Assembly (NCBI RefSeq): GCF_006345805.1
Contig: NC_043012.1
Location: 4,464,001 to 4,528,000, forward strand
Source: Octopus sinensis
Taxonomy: Eukaryota
Reading direction: 5' to 3'
DNA length: 64,000 nt
Position 1 is the stretch's first letter. Every line of letters begins with the position of its first letter. The notes beneath the pieces are model-generated. The model was not told where the DNA came from. It was given only the letters and a program-made list of their open reading frames with translations, and searched no databases. Below, one piece after another: positions 1 through 12,110 of this stretch. A program made the position numbers and the translations under genes.

Positions 1-338
1 AGATGGCAAAGGGAAAATATCGGGAAATGTCTGTTTCAGACATTTTGCTCGAAGAGTGAGCGACTTGAGAATCTCTTGGAAATTGGTGTCTTTCTCATCG
101 TTGCGGTGCCACTGGCTGAATATTATGGACAGGGTAACATTTAGAAATGAAGGATAAAGAAGATTGAAAGGATTAAAGGGAGCCTTTTCTCTTATGAATT
201 TCTGTAAGACATCCTGAACTTCACTGCCAATCTTCATCTCCGTATCATATTCCAGACAATATGTGCCATCGACCATACAGTCTTGCAAGAAATCACGCTT
301 TTGTTCCAGTTTATCATCATAATCAGCCGTTATGAAAC
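1..338 (-). CDS. Cytochrome P450 (clan 2-like), coding exon 2, continues past the window start
   Basis: Not in the ORF track. Acceptor ttcttgtttAG at 340-339; phase 1 matches the exon 1 donor. Open frame (G)FITADYDDKLEQKRDFLQDCMVDG...APFNPFNLLYPSFLNVTLSIIFSQ...FQEIL matches the C- to F-helix region of CYP1/2-type enzymes (PFDP...NVICSIIFG). Confidence 0.88.
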
Positions 339-367
339 CTAAACAAGAAAAACAAAAATTATTTATA

Positions 368-412
<45 letters not shown>

Positions 413-423
413 AAGAAATAACA

Positions 424-911
424 GAATCGTTAGCATGCTGGGCGAAATGCTTAGCGGAATTTCGTCCGTCGCCACATTCTGAGTTCAAATTCCGCCGATG
501 TTTGACTTTGCTTTTCATCCTTTCGGGGCCAATAAATTAAGTGCCAGTGAAGTTGTTTGTTCCTTCTCGAGCCACGCCTAGCTCACAAGGGCTGGTTTCC
601 CAGTTTCCTTGGCGTTTAGGTTCCCCACCTGGACGGGACGCCGGTCCGTTGCAGATGAGCTGCAAGATGCAGGAGGAAAGAGTGAGAGAATGTTGTGGCG
701 AAAGAGTCAGCAGAAGTTCGCCATTACCTTCTGCCGGAGCCGCGTGGAGCTTAGGTGTTTCGTTCATAAACACACACATCGCCCGGTCTGAGATTTGAAC
801 CCGCGATCCCTCGACCGCGAGTCCGCTGCTCTAACCACTAGGCCATGTGCCTCCACTCCAGTCAAGTACTTCCCTCAAATTTTAGGCTTTGTGCCTAAAA
901 TAGAAAGGATT
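424..911 (+). mobile_element. SINE family A, interrupted by a family C SINE
   Basis: gaatcgttagca...gagttcaaattccgcc...catcctttcgggg body; tail ...gctttgtgcctaaaatagaaagg resumes at about 858. Confidence 0.75.
552..856 (-). mobile_element. tRNA-headed SINE family C
   Basis: Minus strand gtggaggcacatggcctagtggttagagcagcgg...ggttcaaatc (A- and B-box-like); a second copy lies at 19284-19550. Confidence 0.85.
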
Positions 912-1040
912 CTTCTTCTTCTTCTTCTTCTTCTTCTTCTTCTTCTCTTCTTCTTCTTCTTCTTCTTCTTCTTCTTCTTTTTTCTCTTCTTCTATTCTCT
1001 TTCTTTTCTTCTTCTCTTCTTCTTCTTCTTCTTCTTCTTC
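910..1040. repeat. (CTT)n microsatellite
   Basis: Direct inspection. Confidence 0.95.
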
Positions 1041-1160
1041 TTAAGGTAGCCTGCTGGTACAATTGTTAGCATACCAGACAAAATGCTTAGTGGGATTTTG
1101 TCTGTCTTTACATTCTGGGTTCAAGTTTCACCAATGTCAGCTTTGCCTTTCATCCTTTTG

Positions 1161-2345
1161 AGGTGGCCAATGTGTTTATCGTATCGGTCATCATCTATCG
1201 CCTAACCATAATTCCTTGTCTGGATTCGTGGTTGAGCAAGTTGGAAAGACAGATCTTCCGCTTCTTGTGGAAGGGCTCGACTCCACTTGTGAGACGTTCT
1301 ATTTGCTGTCAAAAACCATTAAAGGGTGGATTAGGGATGCCTTGGCTGTTGATGTGCAAATATGCGCTGAGGTTGAAGCATCTTTGGATCCTCCTGGATG
1401 GCGAACGGATGTGGTCTTCGTTGGCGAAACGCATGTTTCTCAGGTTCACTAGTTTCGGTGGATGGGAAAACTGGTTTCATCGAAGATCAAAGTTGGGTAC
1501 TTGGTACACGGAGTGTCGTAAGGCTCTCCCGCTTTTCCGTCGCTCGCGGTTTTGGTACATCTTTTTATAGTCGGTTGGTAGATTCTAGATGTGACGATAC
1601 CCTAAGGGAGATCCTGGGTCTCGACGATAATCAACTGGACAGTCTGTTCCAACGGAAATTCGGGCCGAAGACACTGGATAACTTCAAAAAGTCTCTGGCT
1701 TGGTAATGTTACCGAGGAGCCTTACCCGTTCGGGATAAGCTTACTAGACACGGTTATCCCGGTCCATCGGCCTTTCCAAGATGCGAGCAGGAGAGGGAAA
1801 CCGTCCTGTATGCTATTGTCCAGTGTCCGGATGTGTCAGAATTGTGGGCTTATGTAGAACACCTGTTGTCCGATACAAGAAGAGTACAGCCGTCGTTTGA
1901 GTCAATTCTAAAAATTGACCCACCTGCTTTCCTAACGAAAGAAGGCAAGAATTGTTTCTCGTGGTAGTAGCAATTGCGAGAGAGGTGATATGGAAGTCGC
2001 GAATGAAATGATTGGTGACAGGTAATTTCATCTCTAGTCCCGAGTTGGTGAGATATTTCGCTTGTCACCTGAAAAGGAAAGTGGGGCTAGAGAGGAGATG
2101 CCTGTCGGAAAAATGTTCAAGGACAGATGGATGTGTGTGGCACGAGTGTTGAGTGTGAATATGCCATGGGCCTTATTACGAGTATCGGTGGTGGAACGGG
2201 GCTCGTGGAGTCGGAGCAAAAACCCTTTTTCACCACCTCATTTGTTTTGTCTTTTCGTTCGTCCATGCAAAACACTTGGAACTTCAGAAGGGCCTGCACA
2301 TAACCATCTATCATTTCTTCTCTTAACTTTTTGATCTTCGTTTGA
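1161..2345 (+). mobile_element. L1/Tx1-clade LINE, 5'-truncated ORF2 C-terminus plus 3' UTR, decayed
   Basis: IFRFLWKG..PLVRRSICCQKPLKGGLGMP (L1/Tx1 post-RT motif); decayed zinc knuckle FPRCEQERETVLYAIVQCP; stops present; begins inside a partial SINE A (1045-1160). Confidence 0.85.
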
Positions 2346-2404
2346 GTAAAACCCAATAAAATCGTCTTCTGCTGGATTTTTCAGTTTAAGAGCCCTTTAG
2401 AGAT

Positions 2405-2790
2405 GATGTAGTTATTTTCTTTTTTTTTTGACAAATTGATCTTTCCTCATCATATAAGACTTATATCTGATGTCTTCGTGGACAGCATTTCTGACTGTTC
2501 CTTCTGACACATGGAGATCTTTTGCAATTGACCTCATCGACTTTCTGGGATTGTAATCAATGGTCTGTTGAACTTGCTGGATACATTCAGGTGTTCTGAT
2601 CAATTCAGAGCATCAAGAATGCTTTTTATGCTTTGATACTAGTGATACGTTTCCATCTTCGGTTGTTAGCCCCTTACAAACTTTGTAGACGAAATATCTG
2701 GCAGCATTTAAAAATCAAGATATTTCTAAATCGCTATGCTCAGCCTTCATAACCACAATAACTAGATGCCTCTTCATTTCTTGAGTAAGC
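2405..2790 (-). mobile_element. Tc1/mariner maT (DD37D)-type transposase, N-terminal fragment
   Basis: MKRHLVIVVMKAEHSDLEIS...IRTPECIQQVQQTIDYNPRKSMRSIAKDLHVSEGTVRNAVHEDIRYKSY (HTH region) with internal stops. Confidence 0.8.
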
Positions 2791-3147
2791 TAAGAGTCTG
2801 CCATTATTATTTTCTGAAACAAAGATCATACAGAGTTAACAAAAAATGCAGCAATGACCCAAAAATGGTATGTCCTGAAATACGTTACGCACCCTGGAGA
2901 TTGCTCCGAAACGTATTTGAATGCTCGAAAAGACGCTTCTTCACATTCCGACTAATTTGAATGCTCTCGACGGACATTTTAATTTGAATGATGTAGACGC
3001 AAAATTTTTTGACCGAAGTGCGAAACTGAATGATCGACAAACGAATTTGAATGACTAACGTCATGGCGCTAATTTTTTTCGCGACTTTGACCCGATTATC
3101 AAATTGAATGACAAACGTACGAAAATGACCGCAAAACCTATATTCTT

Positions 3148-3215
<68 letters not shown>

Positions 3216-3284
3216 CAGAATGTGTATGCGTGTGCTGCCTTTTGGGTGGTGACACTTCCACAGGAATTTGAATCCCTCCAAGAT

Positions 3285-3475
3285 CAGTGCTCCACACCCG
3301 GTATGCCGCGGCACATTTGTGTGTCACGAAACGATGCTAGGTGTGCCGCAGTGTAACCTGAATAAATGTTTTTCCCTCCCCCTATACTTTTAGTTGTATT
3401 TTTAGTTCAGGTGTGCCGCCGAATTTTGAAAAGAATATAAGTGTGCCGCAAGTGAAAAAAGGTCGCAGAGCACTT
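3285..3475. mobile_element. hAT-like MITE
   Basis: CAGTGCTC...GAGCACTT termini; repeated gtgtgccgc subterminal motif; 8-bp flanks tccaagat/ttctagat (6 of 8 match). Confidence 0.65.
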
Positions 3476-3831
3476 TTCTAGATTGATAGTGGAGATGGGG
3501 CCCATGGTAACAGCTTCAGTTATAGTATTCATATCTTTGTTGATCTTTGCTGAGTTATGGTTGTTGTTGTTGTTGGTATTGATGGTTATAGAAATCGTGA
3601 TGTTATGTAGCAACAACAAAGCGCCTTTGTTATGGCTGATCAATATCACAAACTTCATCGCCATCAACTTGAAATCATTGATATCGTCGATATCAGGTGT
3701 TCTAGTATCGGCGTTTAGGTTGGTAGTGGTGATTGGAGAAAACAATGTGGTTGCGGCTGCTGCCGTCGTCAAGCATCAAGTAGACCTATGATCGTAGGCA
3801 TTTTATTTTTGACCACAGGCATTTTATTCTT

Positions 3832-3986
3832 AGGTGCAGGAATGGCTGCGTGGTTAAGAAGCTTGCTTTTGGGTCCAATACTACTGTGAAGCATCTTGGG
3901 CAGTTGTCTTCTACTGTATCCCTGGGCCAACCAATACCTTGTGAGCGAATTTGGTTGACAGAAGCTGTGTGGAAGCCTATTGTGAA

Positions 3987-3990
<4 letters not shown>
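3832..3990 (+). mobile_element. SINE family B, 5' part
   Basis: gcaggaatggctgcgtggttaag head, then gggcagttgtcttctact, ending in (TATC)n. Confidence 0.7.
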
Positions 3991-4060
<70 letters not shown>

Positions 4061-4064
4061 AAGG

Positions 4065-4387
4065 ATAAAAACCCTTTTTGGTTATGAATGGCCATGGGAT
4101 TGCACCTAGAAAGTTACCTTCCGAGGCACAAGTCTAAGCAAGGTTGTTTATGGAAGACCAGAAGTCGCTCATGCATAACAGCCTCTCCACACCACTAATA
4201 CTATCCAAGGGAAAGGCAAATACCAATACAGCTTGGCACCAGTGACATCGTAACGCATTTCTACAAGCGAGTGAATTGGAACAACGTGAAATAAAGTGTC
4301 TTGCTCAAGAACACAACACACAGCTCGGTCTGGGAATCGAACTCACAACCTCATGATTATGAGCCCAAACTGTCTAACTACTGAGCC
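4065..4387 (-). mobile_element. tRNA-headed SINE family F
   Basis: Minus strand ggctcagtagttag...gagttcgattcccag...gtgttcttgagcaagacactttatttcacg; the same body occurs at 62820-63010. Confidence 0.75.
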
Positions 4388-4579
4388 TTATATATAAAAG
4401 AAAATATCCTACCTATTTGAAGACTATGGAAATATTTACAAAACATTTCATTTAATCTTTTCTTCCATTTAATTGTTTTTCCTGTTTTACTCCTAGTTGA
4501 AAAAGTCGAAAAGACTGAAACCGGTACAAAATTTATTTCTTGATAGAATTACTTTTGCATTTTCCTTTTATATATATAT

Positions 4580-4945
4580 GCACTCCGTCGGTTACGACGA
4601 CGAGGGCTCCAGTTGATCTGATCAACAGAACAGTCTGCTCGTGAAATTAACGTGCAAGTGGCTGAACACTCCGCAGACATGTGTACCCTTAACGTAGTTC
4701 TCAAGGAGATTCAGCGTGATACAGAGTGTGACAAGGCTGTCCCTTTGAAATACAGGTACAACAGAAACAGGAAGAAAGAGTGAGAGAAAGTTGTGGTGAA
4801 AGAATACAGGAGGGTTCGTCACCATCCTCTGCCGGAGCCTCGTGTTATCGCTCAATAAACACTGACAACGCCCAGTCTGGAAATCGAAACAGCGATCCTA
4901 CAACCGCGAGTCCGCTGCCCTAACCACTGGGCCATTGCACCTCAA
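4580..4945 (-). mobile_element. tRNA-headed SINE family D
   Basis: C-like head; tail ...gtcgtaaccgacggagtgc; near-full copy at 31984-32329. Confidence 0.85.
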
Positions 4946-5509
4946 CACACACACACATATATATAGCTAACCAATATATATATATATGTTGCTTAGCTAC
5001 CTAGGTCAACACTTCTCTTTCTCTCTGTCTATAAATATACATACATATATAGGTACAGGTGTAGATGTATGGTATTAAGAAATTATTGATATTAGTCATT
5101 ACTCATTTTGCCCCAGTTTAGACGCTTTTGTTTGAAACTTGAAAATTAGCAAATTAGACATTAGTGTGGGAAAAATTCACTTGGAATCCAACAGAGGAAA
5201 GAATATTGATTGTTAAACACCAAAAATTATCTAGATATCTTATTAGTAACCTCAATTACAATTGGGTCAATGCTGAGGAAAAATTGCTTGAAAAATCAGT
5301 CACCTGACTGTTTTGGACTCTCTCAGCTTCAACAACAACAACAACAGCAATAACAACAAAAACAACAACTATACTGACCAATTTATATTCCTAAAGATTA
5401 TTCAACAGTATAAAATGATCATGCAATACTTGTAATGTAATGATATCAAACAAATAGGGAGAAAATAACGGGAAATCAGAAATTACTAATTTTGCCCCAC
5501 CACCCTTAT

Positions 5510-5735
5510 GTTTGTGTGTGTATGTCTTTGTGTCTGTGTTTGTTCCCCCTCCTCCGCGTCATAAACGGTGTTAGTGTATTTAAGTGCCTGTAACTTAGTG
5601 GTTCGGCAAAAGAGACCGATAGAATAAGTATCAGGTTTAAAAAAAAACTAAGTATTGGGGTGGATTAATTCGACTAAGAATTCTTCAAAGCGGTGCCGCA
5701 GTCTAATGACTGAAACAAGTAAAAGATGAAAGAAA
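5510..5735 (+). mobile_element. SINE family B, 3' part
   Basis: gtaacttagtggttcggcaaaagagaccgatagaataag...tgactgaaacaagtaaaag. Confidence 0.75.
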
Positions 5736-6851
5736 TATGCGCCCCTCCCTCTACACTTATCAATCTATCTTTTTCCTACCCTTTATCAAAAAAAATTGAC
5801 TGTGTTCAGACCTGGGTAGCGACAGACCTATACAAGTGTGTCACTGCTCATAACTTTCAGAAAAATTGATATTAAAGAAAAAATTCAGTAAATACTTTCT
5901 GACGGGGTAGATTGCAATTATATTGGAATTTAAATGTAAAAGAAGCCTTAACTCCACCAGTTATTGGTGGTTGAACACAAATAGATACTGGCGTACATCA
6001 CTCTGTTTTTTAGATAAATTTTTAGATAAATGTGATGTCCGTCAGTACGTATGTGTACACATCCACCGTCTTTTTTTTTTCATTTTAAATTCCGATATAA
6101 TCGTAATTTACACCATTTGAAATGCATTTGTAGAAATTTTCATTAAAATATATCCATTTCTCTGAAAGCTATGAGGAAGCAACGTCGACTCGTGTGAACT
6201 ATCCGAAACTTCTCCCCACAACCCCCACCAAAATTATTCACAATAAATTCCTATATTATCGGAATCTATACGATCATAAAGGAATTTCAACCGTGTTTCG
6301 GGGTTTGCTACCACAACAGCTCCTTTATAGGATCCAGTTAGTTCAAGACATCATCAGGAGGAACGACGTCCGGTTTCGGCCCCTACTCCTCTACCGTTTT
6401 GACGTGGCGGGACCCCCACCCCCTTTCGGAGTTGTCTTCAGCTCTGTTGTTGGGTGCATAGATTCCGATATTATCGGAATCTATACAATCTGAAAGGTAT
6501 TTGCAAAAAAAAAAAAATAATAATATCATTAAAAAATATCTATTTTTCTGAAAGTTATGACTAAACAAAGTCGTAGGGGTATGTGTACGCATCCCGGGAT
6601 AAACTCCGCCACGCCATATCTAAAAAATGCTCAGAGCATGTTCTATGTGATGCCAGTATCCTACGCTTCCATCAGAAGTGAAGATTCCGCCACCATATCT
6701 AGGATTATCGACATCCAATATGTCCTTACTTTCCTCTAGATACTAGGATGTTTATTTGAAGGAAATTCAGTGGCTATTTTCTAGCAAATACAACAATGTA
6801 GTAGTTGTTAATGTCGATATCGGTGTTAATGAATATTAGAGCATTTCTTAC

Positions 6852-7245
6852 CTTCATTCTTATCTCCAGACTTGTAGAGAGAACGCAAGACCGGACAGCT
6901 CGGTCTGTTGGCAAATGCGTCACCATTATAATGAAGACACTCCAAGATACTGTCCAAAGAACACAAGACGACAATGTTTTTGCGAGAAATTGTGACGCTG
7001 TAAATGTCACCATATTTATTTTTCAAGTTAGTCAACTGAAGATGCGCCTTGTTCAGTTGGATATTTCCGATCAGCGGCCAGTTAAACGGTCCCGGTGGAT
7101 AGTTGTCATCTTTTCTCCTCCATAGTATGAAGAGCGTCACTGCAAGGATGATGACCATGGAAAACCACAAGCTCATTTCGACATTCTCCCATGTTGTGTC
7201 GGTAATCCTTAAGAAAGTCAGGGAATTATCATCTGTCGCAGACAT
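6852..7245 (-). CDS. Cytochrome P450 (clan 2-like), first coding exon
   Basis: ATG in ACCATG context; signal anchor MSLWFSMVIILAVTLFILW-RRK; proline hinge PPGPFNWPLIGN; KYGDIYS; DAFANRP; donor GAAG|GTAAGA at 6851-6850 (phase 1). Confidence 0.95.
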
Positions 7246-8244
7246 GGTTCCTTGCTTGTTGTAGATTAGATTCCAGTCGAATGATGACGGATAAAGGTTT
7301 TGTTTTTATGAGAAGAACAGGTGTTAGACGAAAAACCCTTTATGTAATCCAGGGCTAAATGGAATGGTAAAAACTTGAAATCGTTCATTTTCTCATTTTC
7401 TGTCGGGAAGAAATAAAAAGACACGATTAAAAAAGAAAATATATAAATATAAAAATAAAAATGTTAAAATATACACTTGCAGCGCAGGAGATACATTGAA
7501 GCCATCCGAGAACACTTAGAAACTGCTGTTTACTACTTGATGGAATGTGCTAGCGACAGGTTGCAGATAGTGGGAGAGAAATTTTTGACACAATATAATA
7601 AATATTTAAGCGGAGTTAACAGTTTCTGTGTGTTTTTGAATGGCTAATACGAATGTTCCACGCAGTAATTGCTTCACTTTCACCACACCATCGCTCATTA
7701 AATCACTTGTCAGACAAGTATATCTCCAAAATGTTAAAATAGTAAATCGATAAAAGTCTGTACCGATGGTAGTTTTCAAACCTAAAACAGCAACAAAAGT
7801 TTCCATAAGCTTCAATAACTCCCAAATCTGAACCATTGATTGATGCCAGCCCTACACCATATGTTGTTGTTAAACGTAAACTAACAAGACACAGCAAGCC
7901 ATTGCCAGCTGCCAAATTTCAACTTTACAACAAAACTCGTATCAAACCTATGAGAGTGCCTCCATGTAGTTGCTCGATCTGCTATATCTAGCCACCAAAT
8001 CTCCCTTAGATACACTGACAAAAAAAACACAAAAAAAACCTTTGATCATCAACATGTACGTCCAGGGACGACCAAGGGATAAACAACACAAACATTAAAA
8101 GGTCTATATGTAGAAGGATATTTAATGTTTGAATAAGAAAAAAATGACAGGTGGTTTATATTTAGAAGATCATAACAATACTAGATAAAGGTTAAGTTAA
8201 AACTAAACGGCAACAACTATAATATCAGCAAACCACTTATGAGT

Positions 8245-8295
<51 letters not shown>

Positions 8296-8627
8296 ATGTG
8301 TGTGTGTAATTTAAAGGAGTGGTACAGGTAATATGTTAGCTACATATGTTTCTTAACTAACTGAAGCCTATTATATAAGTATTACGCAACAAACTTTTCA
8401 CTTTTTAAAAAACCCGAACGATGCAAATTATAATAAATAATACAAGTCGATTCAATTGTTTTTACTTTTATATTTCAATATTTTGGGACTAGAAGCCCTT
8501 TATCAAGAATTCGTCGAAGAAATGGTTTTGTGAGCAGATTTCTCAGTAGTGTTGGTTCCTAGTCCCGCATTATTGAAATACAAGGTAAAAACACAAACCA
8601 CTGCCTTGTATTACACTTATAACTTTA

Positions 8628-8840
8628 AGGCGACGAGCTGGCTGAATCGCTACCACGCTAGACAATATGATTAGTGACATTTTTTCCGTCTTAACGTTCA
8701 GAGTTCAAATTCCGTCGTGGTCAGCTTTGCTTTTCATCCCTTCGGGGTCGATTAAATAAGTACCAGAGAAGCACTGGTGTCGATGTAATCGACTATCTCC
8801 CAACCCAAAATTTCAGGCCTTGTGTATATTATAGAAATTA
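8628..8840 (+). mobile_element. SINE family A
   Basis: aggcgacgagctggctgaatcg head through aaatttcaggccttgtg tail. Confidence 0.75.
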
Positions 8841-8862
8841 TTATTTCTAATATCTTGCATTA

Positions 8863-9222
8863 GAAGTGGCTGTGTGGTAAGAAACTTGCTTCCCAACCAT
8901 ATTGTTCCGGGTTCAATCCCCCTGCGTGGCAAGTGTATTCTATTATAGCCTTGGGCCGGGTTTGGCTAGAGTTAGGAAACTGAAGCTGAAAGAAGCCAGC
9001 CGTATATATATATATATGTGTGTGTCTGTGTTTGTCCCCCCCACCATCGCTTGACAACCGACGTTGGTGTGTTTAAGTCCCCGAAGCTTAGCGGTTCAGC
9101 AAAAGAAACCGATAGAATAAGTACTAGGCTTACAAACAATTAGTCCTGGGGTCAATTTGTTCGACTAAAGGCGATGCTTCAGCATGGCCGCAGTCAAGTG
9201 ACTGAAACAAGTAAAAGAATAA
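8863..9222 (+). mobile_element. SINE family B
   Basis: Head, internal (TA)/(TG) linker and tail match copies at 16309-16637, 17895-18250 and 37647-38058. Confidence 0.85.
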
Positions 9223-10060
9223 AAGAATGTGTAAACTTTTTAGAAATTCTTGTGAATCGGGAGAGAAAGGGTACTAATTATCCTCTGTTTAGAGACCTCA
9301 ACATGAATACTTGCGACAGACATGATTCGTTAAAGAACCCCAAGGTCCAGGTGAAAAACTATGGTTTTTTTTTACATAGTTTTCATCTACCAAATTTCAG
9401 TTACAAGGGTTTGGATGACTTTTATGTTTAAAGGCATTTGGCCAAGGTGCCGCGTTGTGGGATTGAAACTAAAGCCAAAAAATGAGAGAGCATTTCCTGT
9501 CATCAAATCTTTAATCAAATCTCTTGAAGTACGAAGAAACTTGATAAATCTAGAGTCAGTAGTTTCAGCATAATTGGACACTGTGAGGCGACTGTTCTTA
9601 TCGTTTGGCCTAACTCATCGTAAAGTAAATATCACCATGACCGATATCCAAACTACAGTGGAAAAGGCTAGCCACTGGATTTGGTTAAAAAGAGACGATG
9701 AGCGGTGACTAGAAGAATATCAAGTTTTATTTGATAATCAGTTGATCTAGCAAGCGGGGCCTTATATCATTGAGAAGGGCCGGTGCGGAATGATGCCGTC
9801 GAGAGGTAGGCCCCGAAACGGCGTGCGTTCTCTCCTGATGACCACATACATTTGCTGGCTTCCAGTATGCGAGGCTTTCGACTGGCAGAACTCGCATGTG
9901 CAAGTCGTTTGCAAAACATGTAGGACTCGAATATTGCTTTAAGAGGAAGGATCGATAGTTTAATGCACAACGGTTCTTTTGAGTGCGGGCAGTTTTCTCT
10001 CGGGCAAAGTTGTATTAAATATGCCAGACCACCTTATTAATTTCATTATATACTACTTTA

Positions 10061-10510
10061 AAGCGGCGAGCTGGTAGAACTGTTAGCACGCCGGAGAAAA
10101 TGCTTAGCGGCGAGCTGGCAGAAACGTTAGCACGCTGGGCGAAATGCTTAGCGGTATTTCGTCTGCGTTACGTTGTGACTTCAAATTCCGCCGAGGTCGA
10201 CTTTGCCTTTCATCCTTTCGGGGTCGATAAATTAAGTACCGGTTACGCACTGGGGTCGATGTAATCGACTTAATACCTATGTCTGTCCTTGTTTGTCCCC
10301 TCTGTGTTTAGCCCCTTGTGGGTAATAAAGAAATAGGCATTTCATTCGTCTTTGCGGTATGAGTTCAAATTCCGCCGAAGTCGACTTTGCCTTTCATCCT
10401 TTCGGGGTCAATAAAATAAGTACTTATTGAGCTCAGGGAGTGGGGTGTTTCTGTAATTGACTAGCTTTGTCAAATATCAGGCTTTGTGCCCATAGTAGAA
10501 AGGATTATAT
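10061..10510 (+). mobile_element. Nested SINE family A (young copy inside an older copy)
   Basis: Duplicated head, complete inner copy, then the outer body resumes at about 10336. Confidence 0.85.
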
Positions 10511-10790
10511 GACCACCTTAAAACAATGAACTGGCAGAATCATTTGGGCGTCGGATAAAATGCTCAGCGACATTTTTTCCTGCTCTTTATATTCTGAGCT
10601 CAAATCCCACCAAGGTCGGTTTTGTCTTTCATTCTTTTGTGGTGGATGAAATATAGTACTGGACGAGAACTGGGGTCGATGTCATCGACTTACCCCCTCC
10701 TCTTACAATTAGTGATCTTGCACCAAAATGTGAAACCGTTCTGTACAACATTGTCATATCTACAAGAGCTAATGGACTGCACCGTTAAAA

Positions 10791-10827
<37 letters not shown>

Positions 10828-10865
10828 AAAGCAAAGTGGTGTGGCAATTATACAAACCACTAATC

Positions 10866-11280
10866 ATTTCTACTCTAAGCACAAGGCCCGAAATTTTTGG
10901 GGCGCGGCCAGTCGATTAGATCAACCCCAGTACGCAACTGGTACTTAATTTATCGACCCTGAAAGGATGACAGATAAAGTTAATGTCAGTGGAATTTGAA
11001 CTCAGAACGTAAAGACAGACGAAATACTGCTATGCATTTCGCTCGGAATGCTAACGTTTCTTATTTCTTTACTGCCCACAAGGAGCTAAACACGGACAAA
11101 CAAACGGATTAAGTCGATTATATCGACCCTAGTGCTTAACTGATACTTATTTAATCGACCCCGAAAGGATGAAAGGCAAAGTCGACCTCGGCGGAAGTTG
11201 AACTCAGAACATAAAGACAGACGAAGTACTGCTAAGCATTTCGCCCGGCGTGCTAACGTTTCTGCCAGCTCGCCGCCTTC
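10866..11280 (-). mobile_element. SINE family A dimer
   Basis: Two bodies joined at aagaaataa|gaaacgttagc (11060/11061). Confidence 0.85.
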
Positions 11281-11329
11281 ATCCACTAATCTTTAGAACC
11301 ATTTTTTATTGTAGTTTAGTCACAAGTAA

Positions 11330-12110
11330 ATCCTGATCGAACAAAGCCACGATCAAAGTCATTCCAAGCGTGACTATTCAGCTGTCTTAAAGCTACTCAG
11401 TACCAGGTCCGTTGCCAGACTTCGTATCTGGGGGTAGTTCAGAATACTCTTCGGTGAGCACTGATTTATAATAATGCTAAAGTCGAGTTTCGAAGTAAGT
11501 GTATCACTATAAATCTGAGGGTGCATCATTGAATAGTGAGGAGTCAGTGTAATCCAGTGCATCTCCTTAGCGACGAGTATGTGTTTTTTCTTTATGATGG
11601 TGAACAGAGATTTGAGGAAGATTTGGTTTCTATTTCTAGCGGGTTGTTCTCTTGGTGGTTGTGATTGTATAGTTGTTCTTTAAGCGCACGTCACCACTAA
11701 TCGAGCAGACTTATGCTGAGAGGCATTCCAGCCATAACCTTGCCACCGTTTTGATTTGCTTTTTTTCTCAAGGATAGGGCATTCCAGGCTACATTAACCT
11801 ATATGTCCTTCTCGTTATGAGATAGTAGAAGGAGATTTTACTGCTCTTTCTTGCAGGTCATTGTTTCAGTAGCAGAAGGTAGATAAGTTGTCTATCGTCC
11901 CCAGCTTGACCTGTACCAAATATTCAAGGGCCAATCAGTATACAAATCATGATAATTCCATTTCTTAAAAAATATTTTCTTTCAGGAAACGTACACTTTG
12001 GTCTACAATCACCCACTGTGTCTTTCCTGTTTTAAGATAAAAATAGAGCAATTTTGGGGAAGATTTGACTGCTGTTTCTAGCATTCCAGGTGACTATATA
12101 GCTTCGGGCT
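11330..12110. mobile_element. Old, degraded interspersed repeat (family G), several fragments
   Basis: Recurrent gaagatttg(g/a)ctgct(a/g)tttctagc motif near 11617, 11833 and 12058; related pieces near 7960-8090 and 21530-21730. Confidence 0.5.

Noticed and set aside
3483-3791. Hydrophobic 102-aa ORF as a membrane protein
   Set aside because: It lies in decayed GTT/GAT-type low-complexity sequence in CYP intron 1 and shows no family motif or splice support.
8440-8510. Minus-strand hammerhead-like string (UUGAUAA-AGGG..UCCC-AAAA)
   Set aside because: Three or more core positions are wrong. At most a very old Penelope remnant.
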